Of a stretch of 64,000 bases of DNA, positions 52,395 through 62,500 are shown one piece after another (within the stretch, counting starts at the first letter, position 1; each line of letters opens with the position of its first letter). The notes under the pieces were generated by a model, which was not told where the DNA came from, ran no database searches, and was given only the letters and a program-made list of their open reading frames with translations. This DNA is from Veleropilina oligotropha. Its lineage: Eukaryota. The stretch covers positions 434,001-498,000 of the forward strand of contig JBEUKZ010000065.1 of the NCBI GenBank assembly GCA_048128005.1, in the 5' to 3' direction. Position numbers and translations under genes: made by a program.

Positions 52395-52505
52395 GATTAC
52401 AAAAATGATAAATGTTAACAATGTATTTCCTTTATATAGGTTGGCGAAATCATTGCGCATGCGCATATATACCTTTTTTTGATATTCTGCTGGCGGGAGG
52501 TGGCC

Positions 52506-53153
52506 TCCACCGTTGGTGGTGGAGGTGGTGGTGGTGGAGGTCCACCGGTGGTGGTGGAGGTCCACCGGTGGTGGTGGAGGTCCACCGGTGGTGGTGGAGG
52601 TCCACTGGTGGTGGTGGTCCACCGGTGGTGGAGGTCCACCGTTGGTGGTGGAGGTGGTGGTGGTGGAGGTCGTGGTGGTGGAGGTCCACCGGTGGTGGTG
52701 GAGGTCCACCGGTGGTGGTGGAGGTCCACCGGTGGTGGTGGAGGTCCACTGGTGGTGGTGGTCCACCGGTGGTGGAGGTCCACCGGTGGTGGTGGTGGTG
52801 GTCCACCGGTGACAGGTGGTGGTGGACCTCCACCACCACCACCTCCACCACCACCGGTGGACCTCCACCACCACCACCGGTGGACCTCCACCACCGGTGG
52901 ACCACCACCACCACCACCGGTGGACCACCACCACCACCACCGGTGGACCTCCACCACCGGTGGACCACCACCACCAGTGGACCTCCACCACCACCGGTGG
53001 ACCTCCACCACCACCGGTGGACCTCCACCACCACCGGTGGACCACCACCACCAGTGGACCTCCACCACCACCGGTGGACCTCCACCACCACCGGTGGACC
53101 TCCACCACCACCGGTGGACCTCCACCACCACCACCTCCACCACCAACGGTGGA
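52506..53153. repeat. Central self-complementary minisatellite (GGTGGTGGTGGAGGTCCACC)n switching polarity at about 52811-52825
   Basis: G-rich units to the left and C-rich units to the right of a unique GACA (52811-52814); adjacent units create CCACCGGTGG palindromes. Confidence 0.95.
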
Positions 53154-53193
53154 GGCCACCTCCCGCCAGCAGAATATCAAAAAAAGGTATATA

Positions 53194-53231
53194 TGCGCAT
53201 GCGCAATGATTTCGCCAACCTATATAAAGGA
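53194..53231 (+). promoter_or_regulatory. Candidate Pol II promoter: NRF1-type palindrome plus TATA box (mirror at 52428-52465, minus)
   Basis: TGCGCATGCGCA at 53194-53205 and TATATAAAGGA at 53221-53231, ATG at 53265. Confidence 0.65.
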
Positions 53232-53264
53232 AATACATTGTTAACATTTATCATTTTTGTAATC

Positions 53265-53717
53265 ATGCCAGGTTCAATATATGTCAGTGACCCAAAAGTG
53301 TGGGACCAAGTTTTCAAAGACATCAATTCGGGTAAATTAACACCTGAAAAACGAACAATGAAATATAATCGCGGAATGGCTGGTCAGTATCGAACTCCAT
53401 CCGTGATAAGAATTCCCCTCATATCACCAGTGGCTGCTGAGGAAGAAAGAGCAAAGGTTCAGTTGGAAAGGCAAAAGGAGGAAGGTTTACCGTACATAAA
53501 AGTTGTTCAGAAACGAAAAAGCGACAGTCAGTCGATAAACCCCGAGAATGACGAACCTAAAGTCCAGTTGAAAAAAGTGAAAAAGGATGATGTACTTGAC
53601 ATAACCCCCAAAAGAAAAAGTCGCTATCTGAGACAAGTTTTAAAGAGGAGCACACCAGAGAGAAAGAAATTTGTAGTCGGACGGCTATTTGCAGGACCTC
53701 CGGGCAAACATGCATAA
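53265..53717 (+). CDS. Small basic Polinton protein (150 aa), right-arm copy
   Basis: Mirror of 51942-52394 with one change (KKDDV vs KKYDV); stop overlaps the ATPase start (ATGCATAA). Confidence 0.75.
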   Translation: MPGSIYVSDPKVWDQVFKDINSGKLTPEKRTMKYNRGMAGQYRTPSVIRIPLISPVAAEEERAKVQLERQKEEGLPYIKVVQKRKSDSQSINPENDEPKVQLKKVKKDDVLDITPKRKSRYLRQVLKRSTPERKKFVVGRLFAGPPGKHA

Positions 53718-55182
53718 GTGTCCTGATTGTAGCATATCATTGTCTAGACGTGATGCCTTGCTCAGGCATTACAACCGAATACATGTCACGGCACCAATGA
53801 CATTATCACGTACGACATTACCGCAGATGCAGAATCCATCTGTGTCATCACCTCAGACACAGAATTTACCGCTGACGCAGGATAAGACACCACCCGCTGC
53901 CACCGACTACCGCCCATCGTCGCTGCACAACACACCCCCATTTCAACTACAACATCCCTTTACACTTATTGTATCGGGCCCCACATTCTCGGGAAAATCT
54001 TACTTTGTTAAAAATGTACTACTTCATGATCGCATATTCCCAGCACCGCAGAGAATTATTTGGTTATACAAAAGATGGCAGCCTCTCTATGATGACATCA
54101 AAGCTAGTATTTCCATTGAATTTATTCAAGGAATACCGCAAGAGTTGGCAACTGATGACTTCCTCGATCCCAGAATCAGAAATGTTATTGTACTGGATGA
54201 CTTGATGTCTGCTAAAGACCCTTGTATAACAGATCTCTTCACAGAAGGTAGTCATCACAGAAATCTATCAGTTATAGCTATTAATCAAAACTTGTATTAT
54301 TCTAAAGACCCTACACAGAGAAGAAATTGTCAATACATGGTATTATTCAACAATCCAGTAGATAAGCAACTTATTATTAATTTGGCAAGACAAATGTACC
54401 CAAGAAATCCCGACAATCTCATGAAAAAATTTGACGAAGCAACGAAGATACCATATGGCTATATACTATTAGATTTTAAAGTGCTCACCAATGAAATTAA
54501 TAGAATTCGTCCCAATGTATTTGAGAGAGATGAAGCCAATAATGTACCGAAAACGATGCTCACCAAACCCAGTGCATTGTGCGAACATTCACTGAATATG
54601 AATCCATCTATGAATCAGGTCGAAACAATGTCTGATCATTATTGCAGCAGTGATGACGAAGAAAACATGATATCATGTAATTATTGCGGCTCATTATTTG
54701 ATAATAGTTCAAAATTACAAAAGCACGTAAGAGACTGGTGTCATAGGAATTCCAAAAAACAAACATCTGGGGTGTTGGAAGAAAGCGACGAAGAATCAAA
54801 AGTGTTTGATGAGCTCATGAAAATAAGCCATGATCAAAATATGTCATTCTTCGAAGGAAAATATGACAAATATATCAAGCAGGGATTAAATCAACAAATT
54901 GCAGAGACAAAGGCTAATGATAAAATAGATCATGAAGATTTAATACAAGTTATGAATAAATATAAACAAATTCTTCTATACATTGAAAGATTACGGGATG
55001 GAAGGGTTCATAATCGAGTCATGAGCAAAGTTGATGCCTACTTGAAACAGGGATATGGTACGAAAGCCTCTATTAATATAGCAGTGAAAAAGTGTCAATC
55101 CGAAATCGAATCATATTGGCAGTCAGAATCATCCTCTGAAGGTGAAGAATCAACAGAGAGCAACGAAAATATGTATGAATAA
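53710..55182 (+). CDS. A32/FtsK-like DNA packaging ATPase with N-terminal C2H2 finger (490 aa), right-arm copy
   Basis: Same motifs as the left copy; one change (NTPPF vs NTHPF); second Zn motif CNYC...HVRDWC; acidic tail. Confidence 0.93.
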   Translation: MHKCPDCSISLSRRDALLRHYNRIHVTAPMTLSRTTLPQMQNPSVSSPQTQNLPLTQDKTPPAATDYRPSSLHNTPPFQLQHPFTLIVSGPTFSGKSYFVKNVLLHDRIFPAPQRIIWLYKRWQPLYDDIKASISIEFIQGIPQELATDDFLDPRIRNVIVLDDLMSAKDPCITDLFTEGSHHRNLSVIAINQNLYYSKDPTQRRNCQYMVLFNNPVDKQLIINLARQMYPRNPDNLMKKFDEATKIPYGYILLDFKVLTNEINRIRPNVFERDEANNVPKTMLTKPSALCEHSLNMNPSMNQVETMSDHYCSSDDEENMISCNYCGSLFDNSSKLQKHVRDWCHRNSKKQTSGVLEESDEESKVFDELMKISHDQNMSFFEGKYDKYIKQGLNQQIAETKANDKIDHEDLIQVMNKYKQILLYIERLRDGRVHNRVMSKVDAYLKQGYGTKASINIAVKKCQSEIESYWQSESSSEGEESTESNENMYE

Positions 55183-55203
55183 ATATATTTTTGGAACAAT
55201 AAA
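55178..55203 (+). terminator. Polyadenylation signals of the ATPase unit
   Basis: AATAAA overlapping the stop codon (55178) and a second at 55198, followed by T/GT-rich sequence. Confidence 0.55.
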
Positions 55204-56040
55204 ACAGATGCAACCCTAGTTTATGTGTTTTATGGTTATTTATTGTAATTCAATCTTATATTTTATTTAATAAATGGCAAATACACTGATTGTACCACTG
55301 AAAAATATCAGCTAATTTCTTGTTACTTTTCCGATCACATACCCTTCACACACCCACAATAAGTAGTTATGAACAACTGTGATATACTAGGCACACATGA
55401 GTAAATATAGGCTACAACTGTAAGTTGATAAAATATATTAATATGACTAATAACGTATCGTTAGTTACGAACGTGTGGCCCGTGTAATTTGCTATTTACT
55501 GATTGGGCACCGTACTCTGTGTCTTGCTAGTTAAGTGATTGATATGTGAAATAAAAACATAGTATGGTGAAATGCTTTTAAGCAATGTAATATCATTTCA
55601 AAAGTGTGTGTCATACATGCACTGTGTTTTCATCAAATGGAAGACATGTCATTAATATTATATTACAAATATGTTGATATGTTGGAAAACCTATAGAACT
55701 ATTAGATATCGGGACGTAGCACCGTTCATAATACTAACTAGCAATTGTCCGTGCTTTGTTCGGTTTTCGGGAGGAGCACTTTGTATCGAAGTACGTATAT
55801 ATCGTAGTAGGAATGGGATATATTACTGGATTTTATCGAGGTTATCTGCGCCTTCAGGCGGACGTCGGAGAAGACAGTTTGCAAGTCTAATCTTGTTGGC
55901 GTTCCAATGACACCAAGTTAATGTGGTTTTATGGCTTATTAACAGACATAACCATTACCGATAACCGTTATTTAACATGCATATCGAACGACCAGAGCAT
56001 ACGACCTGTCACCCGTATAGAAATCATTGTAAGACAAGTG

Positions 56041-56100
<60 letters not shown>

Positions 56101-56684
56101 CACTGGATAGAGAGAGAAAAGGATGGGTTTGGCGAGTTATGTGTTCATCGAGTATGTATGCTTAACATATGGTGAATGCTTAATATAATATAATATAAAA
56201 TATTACGTATTTGTAAAGGCAATGTCGACTAATATATTAAATCCACTCAATTATGTTGAAATCAGTTACTATTACGATGGACCAATAAGTGCTAAAAATA
56301 ACTTGTCGGTGTTGGCCAGTATCGGATTAAGTTACCATATGCTATTAACGGAACCCATAAAGCGGGACGTTTAAAATTAACCAAGGGGTTACGTTTCTAC
56401 CGATTCATAAGCATCAATGATAAATCTATAATATATTTAGCTATTGTAGAGATGTAAAGCTGACTCAATGCTAGTATATTCGTAGATCCAAATAATTGAT
56501 TACGGGTATAGATCTTTTATTTGTACTAGATACGGTTGTCGTGGGTATAACTGTGTTTGAGTGGTTATCCACACATTGTATACCATTTGATGACTCATTT
56601 CTAATTGTCATTAATAAGTAATTTTTGATTGATTCGTTTTAGGCGGGGTAATTCATACTCAACGCCGATTCGTCAAATACACGC

Positions 56685-57160
56685 ATAGCAAAACGCAATG
56701 TGTCGCATGTGGGTATAGGAAAACGCAATGTGTCGCACGTACATGAGGGGGGTATAGGAAAACGCAATGTGTCGCATGTGGGTATAGGAAAACGCAATGT
56801 GTCGCATGGGGGTATAGGAAAACGCAATGTGTCGCATGTGGGTATAGGAAAACGCAATGTGTCGCATGTGGGTATAGGAAAACGTAATGTGTCGCAGGCG
56901 GGTATAGGAAAACGTAATGTGTCGCAGGCGGGTATAGGAAAACGCAATGTGTCGCATGTGGGTATAGGAAAACGCAATGTGTCGCATGTGGGTATAGGAA
57001 AACGCAATGTGTCGCCCAGTAACAGCACAGGTATAGCAAAACGCAATGTGTCGCCCAGAATCATACATAGGGAAGGTATAGGAAAACGCAATGTGTCGCA
57101 GGTGGGTATAGGAAAACGCAATGTGTCGCAGGTGGGTATAGGAAAACGTAACATGTCGTG
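56685..57160. repeat. Subterminal 30-bp tandem repeat of element 2, right arm
   Basis: Mirror of 48503-48978. Confidence 0.95.
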
Positions 57161-57299
57161 TGGAATCATCAGTACTACTCGCATATTTAATCTGATGATG
57201 CTGATGGACAGTATAGAGCAATTTACTGAGCTTACTGGATCTTCAGCTGCATTGCCCATGTTCGAATAAAGTGGTTGATCACTTTTGCAAGCTTATCCC

Positions 57300-58272
57300 C
57301 CAATTGCACCGAGATTCCTTGTGATCGCATTAGACAGGCCATTTCTAAACGGAATGTTTTCAAATTTAGTATGTGTATCGGTTGTGGCGAGGACACGACA
57401 CCTATATAATTTGGTTGTGGTCCGATCTCCAGGATGGTCCTCACGGCCTCCATCTTGGATTTTAAAGCGTAATTCCTTGTGGTCGCACTAGACAGGCCAT
57501 TTCTTAACGGAATGTTTTCAAATTTGGTATGCTCATTGGTTGGGGCGAGGAGACGACACCTTTAGAAATTGGGTGTGGTCCGACCTCCAAGATGGCCGCC
57601 ACCGTGTCAGTCCAGAGATTCCTCGTGATCACTCTCGACAGGTCATTTCTTAACGGAATGTTTTCAAATTTGGTATGTGCATTGACTGGGGCGAGGAAAC
57701 GACATCTGTAGATTTTGGGTGTGGTCCAACCTCCAACGTGGCCGACACGGCCTCCATCTTTGATTATAAAGAATAATTTCTTGTGATTGCACTAGACAGA
57801 TCATTTCAAAACGGAATGGTTTCAAATTTGGTATGTGCATAGGTTGTGGCGAGGACACGACACCTATATATTTTGGGTGTGATCCGACCTCCAAGATGGT
57901 CGCCACCGCGTCGCCGAGAGATTCATAATTATCGTTCTAGACAGGCAATTTCTTAACGTAATATTTTCAAATTTGGTATGTGCATTGGTTTGGGTGAGGA
58001 CACTTATAGATTTCGGGTGTGGTCCGACATCCAAGATGGCCGCCGCCGATAGATTCCTCCTGATCACTCTAAACAGACGATTTCTTAACGGAATGTTTTC
58101 AAATTTAGTATGTGCATTGCTTTGGGTAAGGACAGGACACCTAGAGATTTTGGATGTGGTCCGTCCTCCAAAATGGCCGCTGTGGCCCCCATCTTGGATA
58201 TTAAAGCATAATTCCTTGTGATCGCTACAGACAGGTTACATATGCGGTCACTCGTGACTGAGCGTTCTAGTT
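57300..58272 (+). mobile_element. Helitron/Helentron-like non-autonomous element with internal tandem units
   Basis: Repeated CTTAACGGAATGTTTTCAAATTTGGTATGTGCATTGG units; end ATGCGGTCACTCGTGACTGAGCGTTCTAGTT; same family as 34709. Confidence 0.7.
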
Positions 58273-58399
58273 CTTTATATGATTATATCGGTGACCAGTA
58301 CAATCCCATTCAAACCTTTGCGTAGGCTCTTATCAAGATGCCACCGATCATAGGAATTGTGCATATTCTGGTCAGCAACGATTGTATTGACACCGCTCT

Positions 58400-58590
58400 G
58401 ACAGTCGTGTGGATTCGGTTGCAGACTCTGACATCACTGGATTGATTCTGCTGACACGAACAGTTCGTATCTCGGTTGGGCGTTGACATTATTTGTTCAG
58501 TTATGAATCACAGTTGTCCGTAACTGGCCGCGATAATGAACAAGTCCCGCTCTGAACCTTATAGTTGTAAATATACAGAACATTCAGCAT
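58400..58590 (+). mobile_element. Degenerate tRNA-derived SINE copy
   Basis: Shares GTTATGAATCACAGTTGTCCGTAACTGG and the head with 13650. Confidence 0.65.
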
Positions 58591-58648
58591 TGATACAATC
58601 CAATCATGTATATTTAGTGGTTTAGCTCAGTATACTGTATATATTTTA

Positions 58649-59274
58649 CAGGGTGTCCCATAAAATGTCCCCATTTTGAACTTAAAACTTGATGGATGCA
58701 AAATTATTTTTTTCCAATATAATGTGACGGGTTTTGAAGAAGAAAGATGGACGTTTTTTGTCATGTAGTCATTTTATGAAGTAGATAGAAGGAAAATTTG
58801 TCATGTAATCATTTTATATCAAAGCGCATTTGTCATGGAAGAACTCCCTGTGATAGACGCACCGCTGCTAAGGAACTGCGAGTGACCGATTCCATCACAA
58901 TTTCCACATTATCTTCACTACGACCGGTCCACCTACTACCATTGTGGCCGCTGTATTGATCACAGATGTGGTCACCAGTCAAAACGTTTAAAAATCTCTG
59001 AATTGTTCTCCTGTCCAATGCTTCACGGGGATGACCGTGACAATGCATACATAATTGGCGTTGAACCTTGTATAAACTTTTTGAGAGGAGCCAGAACTCA
59101 ACTAATATTGTTCTCTGTTAAATTGTCATTATGGTCATATTTAAATATGATCACAGGGTATCAAACAAAATTCAACATCTCTGGAACGAGAAAACATGAC
59201 TTGGACACATTTCCATAATATTTTAAGGGTCCAATATGCAGTGTCAAAATGGGGACATTTTTGGGGACACCCTA
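58649..59274 (-). mobile_element. Internally deleted Tc1/mariner element
   Basis: TIRs CAGGGTGTCCCATAAAATGTCCCCATTTTGA / TCAAAATGGGGACATTTTTGGGGACACCCT with TA flanks; relic RRTIQRFL..TG...GRSEDNVEIVMESV resembles a transposase N-terminal HTH region. Confidence 0.8.
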
Positions 59275-59412
59275 TATATATTTATCACATGACAAACCTA
59301 TTATGAAACTGCTGAATCCGTTTCATATTTCCATATGAATCACACGTGTAATCACTATGCAAATGAGGGCGAGCATAATTAAAGTCATGTGATAAAGAAG
59401 ATCTCTAACTCG

Positions 59413-59525
59413 TTTCCATTGCATATGAGAATTATGAAACTCGTCCGCAAATGTATGTACCTCGTCAAGGATCGGTACATAAATTGTGCCCGACTCGTTT
59501 CATAATTCTCATATGAAATGGAAAG
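59413..59525. repeat. Imperfect hairpin
   Basis: TTTCCATT.CATATGAGAATTATGAAAC mirrored by GTTTCATAATTCTCATATG.AATGGAAA. Confidence 0.7.
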
Positions 59526-62500
59526 TGGACAGTCGTTTATCCTGGGACTACTATACTAGAGGGACTAGCAGCTTTAAAGATCGCGCTGAAATCACATACT
59601 CGGCGTTAATAGGCGAGAGTTCGCCTGCAATCTAATAAGCAACAACCTGCTAATTGAATCACATATAGACTATTCGCTAATATTTGTCAGACATCTGTAT
59701 GCACATAAATAGATATTATATATATTGTAGATTGTGTGTATGTGCTTATATCGTTAAAATTATATCAAAAAAGCATAGATAAGTGTTATGATATTGTATG
59801 TTCTGGGTTATTTACGAAAATCCAAAATGGCGTCGATGAGAAAGCTTTCGAATCGAAAAATAGTACATTTTACAACTTCTTCTCCTCGTCAGCTGCTACA
59901 TTTTACTTTTGAATATCTTGCCCATCATTTTATTTATATCCTATTGCTTCGACTCTTCCATTGTGAAGTGAAATTTGACGAAGATTTATATCGTATAATT
60001 GCAATTAAAAATTACGATTTTTCCTGAATATGTTCAGCGTTAATGTTTTCACAGTGTAAAGTACTCGATTTTGAAACTTCTTCTCCTCGCCAGTTGTTAC
60101 ATTATACTTTTTGATATTTGCACCATCTTTTTATTTGCATTCAATTGCTTGAACTCATCTATTGCGTAGTGAAATATAACGAAGATTTATAGCACATATT
60201 TGCATTTTAAAACGACCAATTTTCTTAAATATGTCAAACGTTGATATTCATTTTGTGATGGACTCTCTTCTTTATTTTTTGCATTTTATTATGGAATATT
60301 TTCACCTTTTTTCTAATTTACACTCGATTACATCGACTTGGCTATTGTACAGGGAAATAAAACGAAGATTTAATTAAATTGTTTACGTCTTAAAATAGCT
60401 TATCAAAGGTTAACTGGTAACATGGTCCGTTTCAATAATATTTCATTATAGTGCCAACTTTAAGTTGTCCCCATTGTTATTGAGCAGACAAATTACTGAC
60501 CGCTTGTACATTATAACAACATGTAAAGCAAAACATAGAATGAAATGAAATTAGTGGCTACCTTTATTGTCTCTATTGCTTATAAACTTTTGTTTTGACA
60601 ACCATTAGAAAAGTAGTTGGGGCCATTTATATTGTTCAAATTCAGTAATAAAGATAAATTCATAAGAACTTATTTATATTTTAATTGCCCATTCAAATTA
60701 TTTAGCGATTAACATAGATCTCTTTCAATAATTGGTTGAATTGAATTTTATTTATTATAAATAATTATACAATGTTTTTAGTTTGAATACCGCACAAATT
60801 AAAATAATTAAAAAACTAAATTCGTTATCATATGTTGTGTTAATCGAATTTCGTGTTTAATAGGTATTTTGTGAATTCAAACTGTTATAATTTACCGCAT
60901 TGGTCCTAATTGGAGATAAAATAGTCTTGTCACAAAGCCAAAGCCCACTACGCACATGCGCAGTGCGGTAAACACGAGAACAATAGCGAGTAGGCCTACC
61001 ACATTATTGACGGCGAGTCGGCTAATTGGTCAGAGCTTCCAGTCCCAGGTTTATCTTACCGGGGAGCTAAGTCCCCGATGTCATAGAGCCGAAAAGGCAA
61101 TATGAATAATCAATACACGTTTTTACCCGTTTATGATATTATCGGCATTTAGTGCCTACGCAACAGACAGACCTAACTGGCCTAAAAGCAACTAAATCGT
61201 TTAGTTGTTTACATACAAATATATATATATACAAAATACATTTTGACCAATATACAATCAAAAGCAAAAGAAAAAAATGTGACCAAAGTGCCCCTCAAAA
61301 GTATATACAAAGAGGTTTTATGCCCCCCAGTGAGAATAATCTGATAGTACTTATATACATATATTTTTTCGGCGCTCTTACGGTACTTCCCCCACAGCTC
61401 CGGCTTTTACTCAACTTTGGAAATCCGGTTTTTCATCTCCGATAAAAGTACGACTTTGGACACGTCGTTAATGTTAAATCCATGGGGACTAGCAACAGGT
61501 GAACCTCGGTCAGTCCAGGCTCACTGGGCGGTCCGGTGTATATACGTTTGTAAAGCCAATACAACTACGTACCCATCACGTGTATCTTATCATAGGCCGT
61601 GAATTTAAGACAAATAAAAGCCGGAGCTCCTTAAATATGATAAAAGCTTTCACCACTATGTATTGAGTAAAATTGAAGAAAATTATGATATTTATAGAAC
61701 TATGAAAGCTCAAACCCATCACCTGCATCCTTAAAATGCAAATACGATGTGTTTTTACTAACATTTAAGACCTTTTTCGCTATTATATATGAGTAATAGG
61801 TTGCAAATTGACTATGAAATATGTTAAGTTTGATAATTAACGGTGTGAATGCCTCTTTCCTGCATTCTTAGAGTGTTAATACGAAGTTTATCATCATTAT
61901 GTATGAGTGCATGGTGATAAATCGAGGTTGCAAATTGATCTGTAGTATAAATTTTTTGTTGTGGTCACAACAGGTCGTCGATCCTGGTATCGGAAAAAAG
62001 CGAGGAATGTAAATCCTTGAAAAAATTACGAGAACTTCAAGCGTTATCGATTCGGACTTCGTAGACTATCGGACTTGTTAAAAATCGGTGACATGTTTTG
62101 TAAATACTAATTTGCATATTAAAAATATCAAGTTTATTTACAAAATAGGTGTTGTGTTTTATCAAAGTATCATAATGCATCATTTTAATACAGAAATGCA
62201 AGTTCAACAGATTCGGTTCCGCTGGCAAAAGGTGGAGGGGGCGCGGAGCCGGGTCGGCCCACCTCTAAATCCGCGACTGCTATAGCCGAATCACATCAAC
62301 CCTTATCCTTCTTAAAGACAATTATTGTCTATATCATCCTATGGTAGTTCTCTTAATATAAACCTATCCATTTGTGGCTCTTCGTTGAGCTTTTTCTTGA
62401 ATTTGGATATTCTATCATGACGTGGGCTTAATATCATGCTTGCACTGCATATTTTAAATGCTGTCTAACCATTAATTTTTGCTTGTCTAGGCGTGTCATG

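Larger units (their letters stand above)
48484..57179. mobile_element. Element 2: 8.7-kb fully palindromic non-autonomous Polinton/Maverick derivative with 6-bp TSD
   Basis: 5'-AGTAGTACTGATG...CATCAGTACTACT-3'; CGCATA at 48478-48483 and 57180-57185; ORF pairs mirror about 52830; encodes a Polinton-type ATPase. Confidence 0.95.

Noticed and set aside
52412..53247. Long Gly/Pro/Trp/His-rich ORFs, including the N-terminal 262 aa of the 412-aa ORFs
   Set aside because: These are translations of a stop-free GC minisatellite open in nearly all frames; the credible start is ATG 53265 (mirror 52394) downstream of a TATA box.
48484..57179. Palindrome as a sequencing or amplification fold-back artefact
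   Set aside because: Symmetry stops exactly at Polinton termini, a 6-bp TSD is present, the outer flanks are unrelated and the arms differ slightly. An artefact is unlikely, but read-level confirmation is still needed.
36710..57179. Treating elements 1 and 2 as one complete 20-kb Polinton
   Set aside because: Each has its own pair of termini, element 2 has its own TSD, the intervening DNA is host-type repeat, and no pPolB, major capsid or protease is visible.
48268..57269. Removing element 2 reconstitutes a 99-codon ORF (…RTVRI|FNLMMLMDS…) across the empty site
   Set aside because: No recognisable motif and the length is compatible with chance, so I cannot claim a disrupted host gene.
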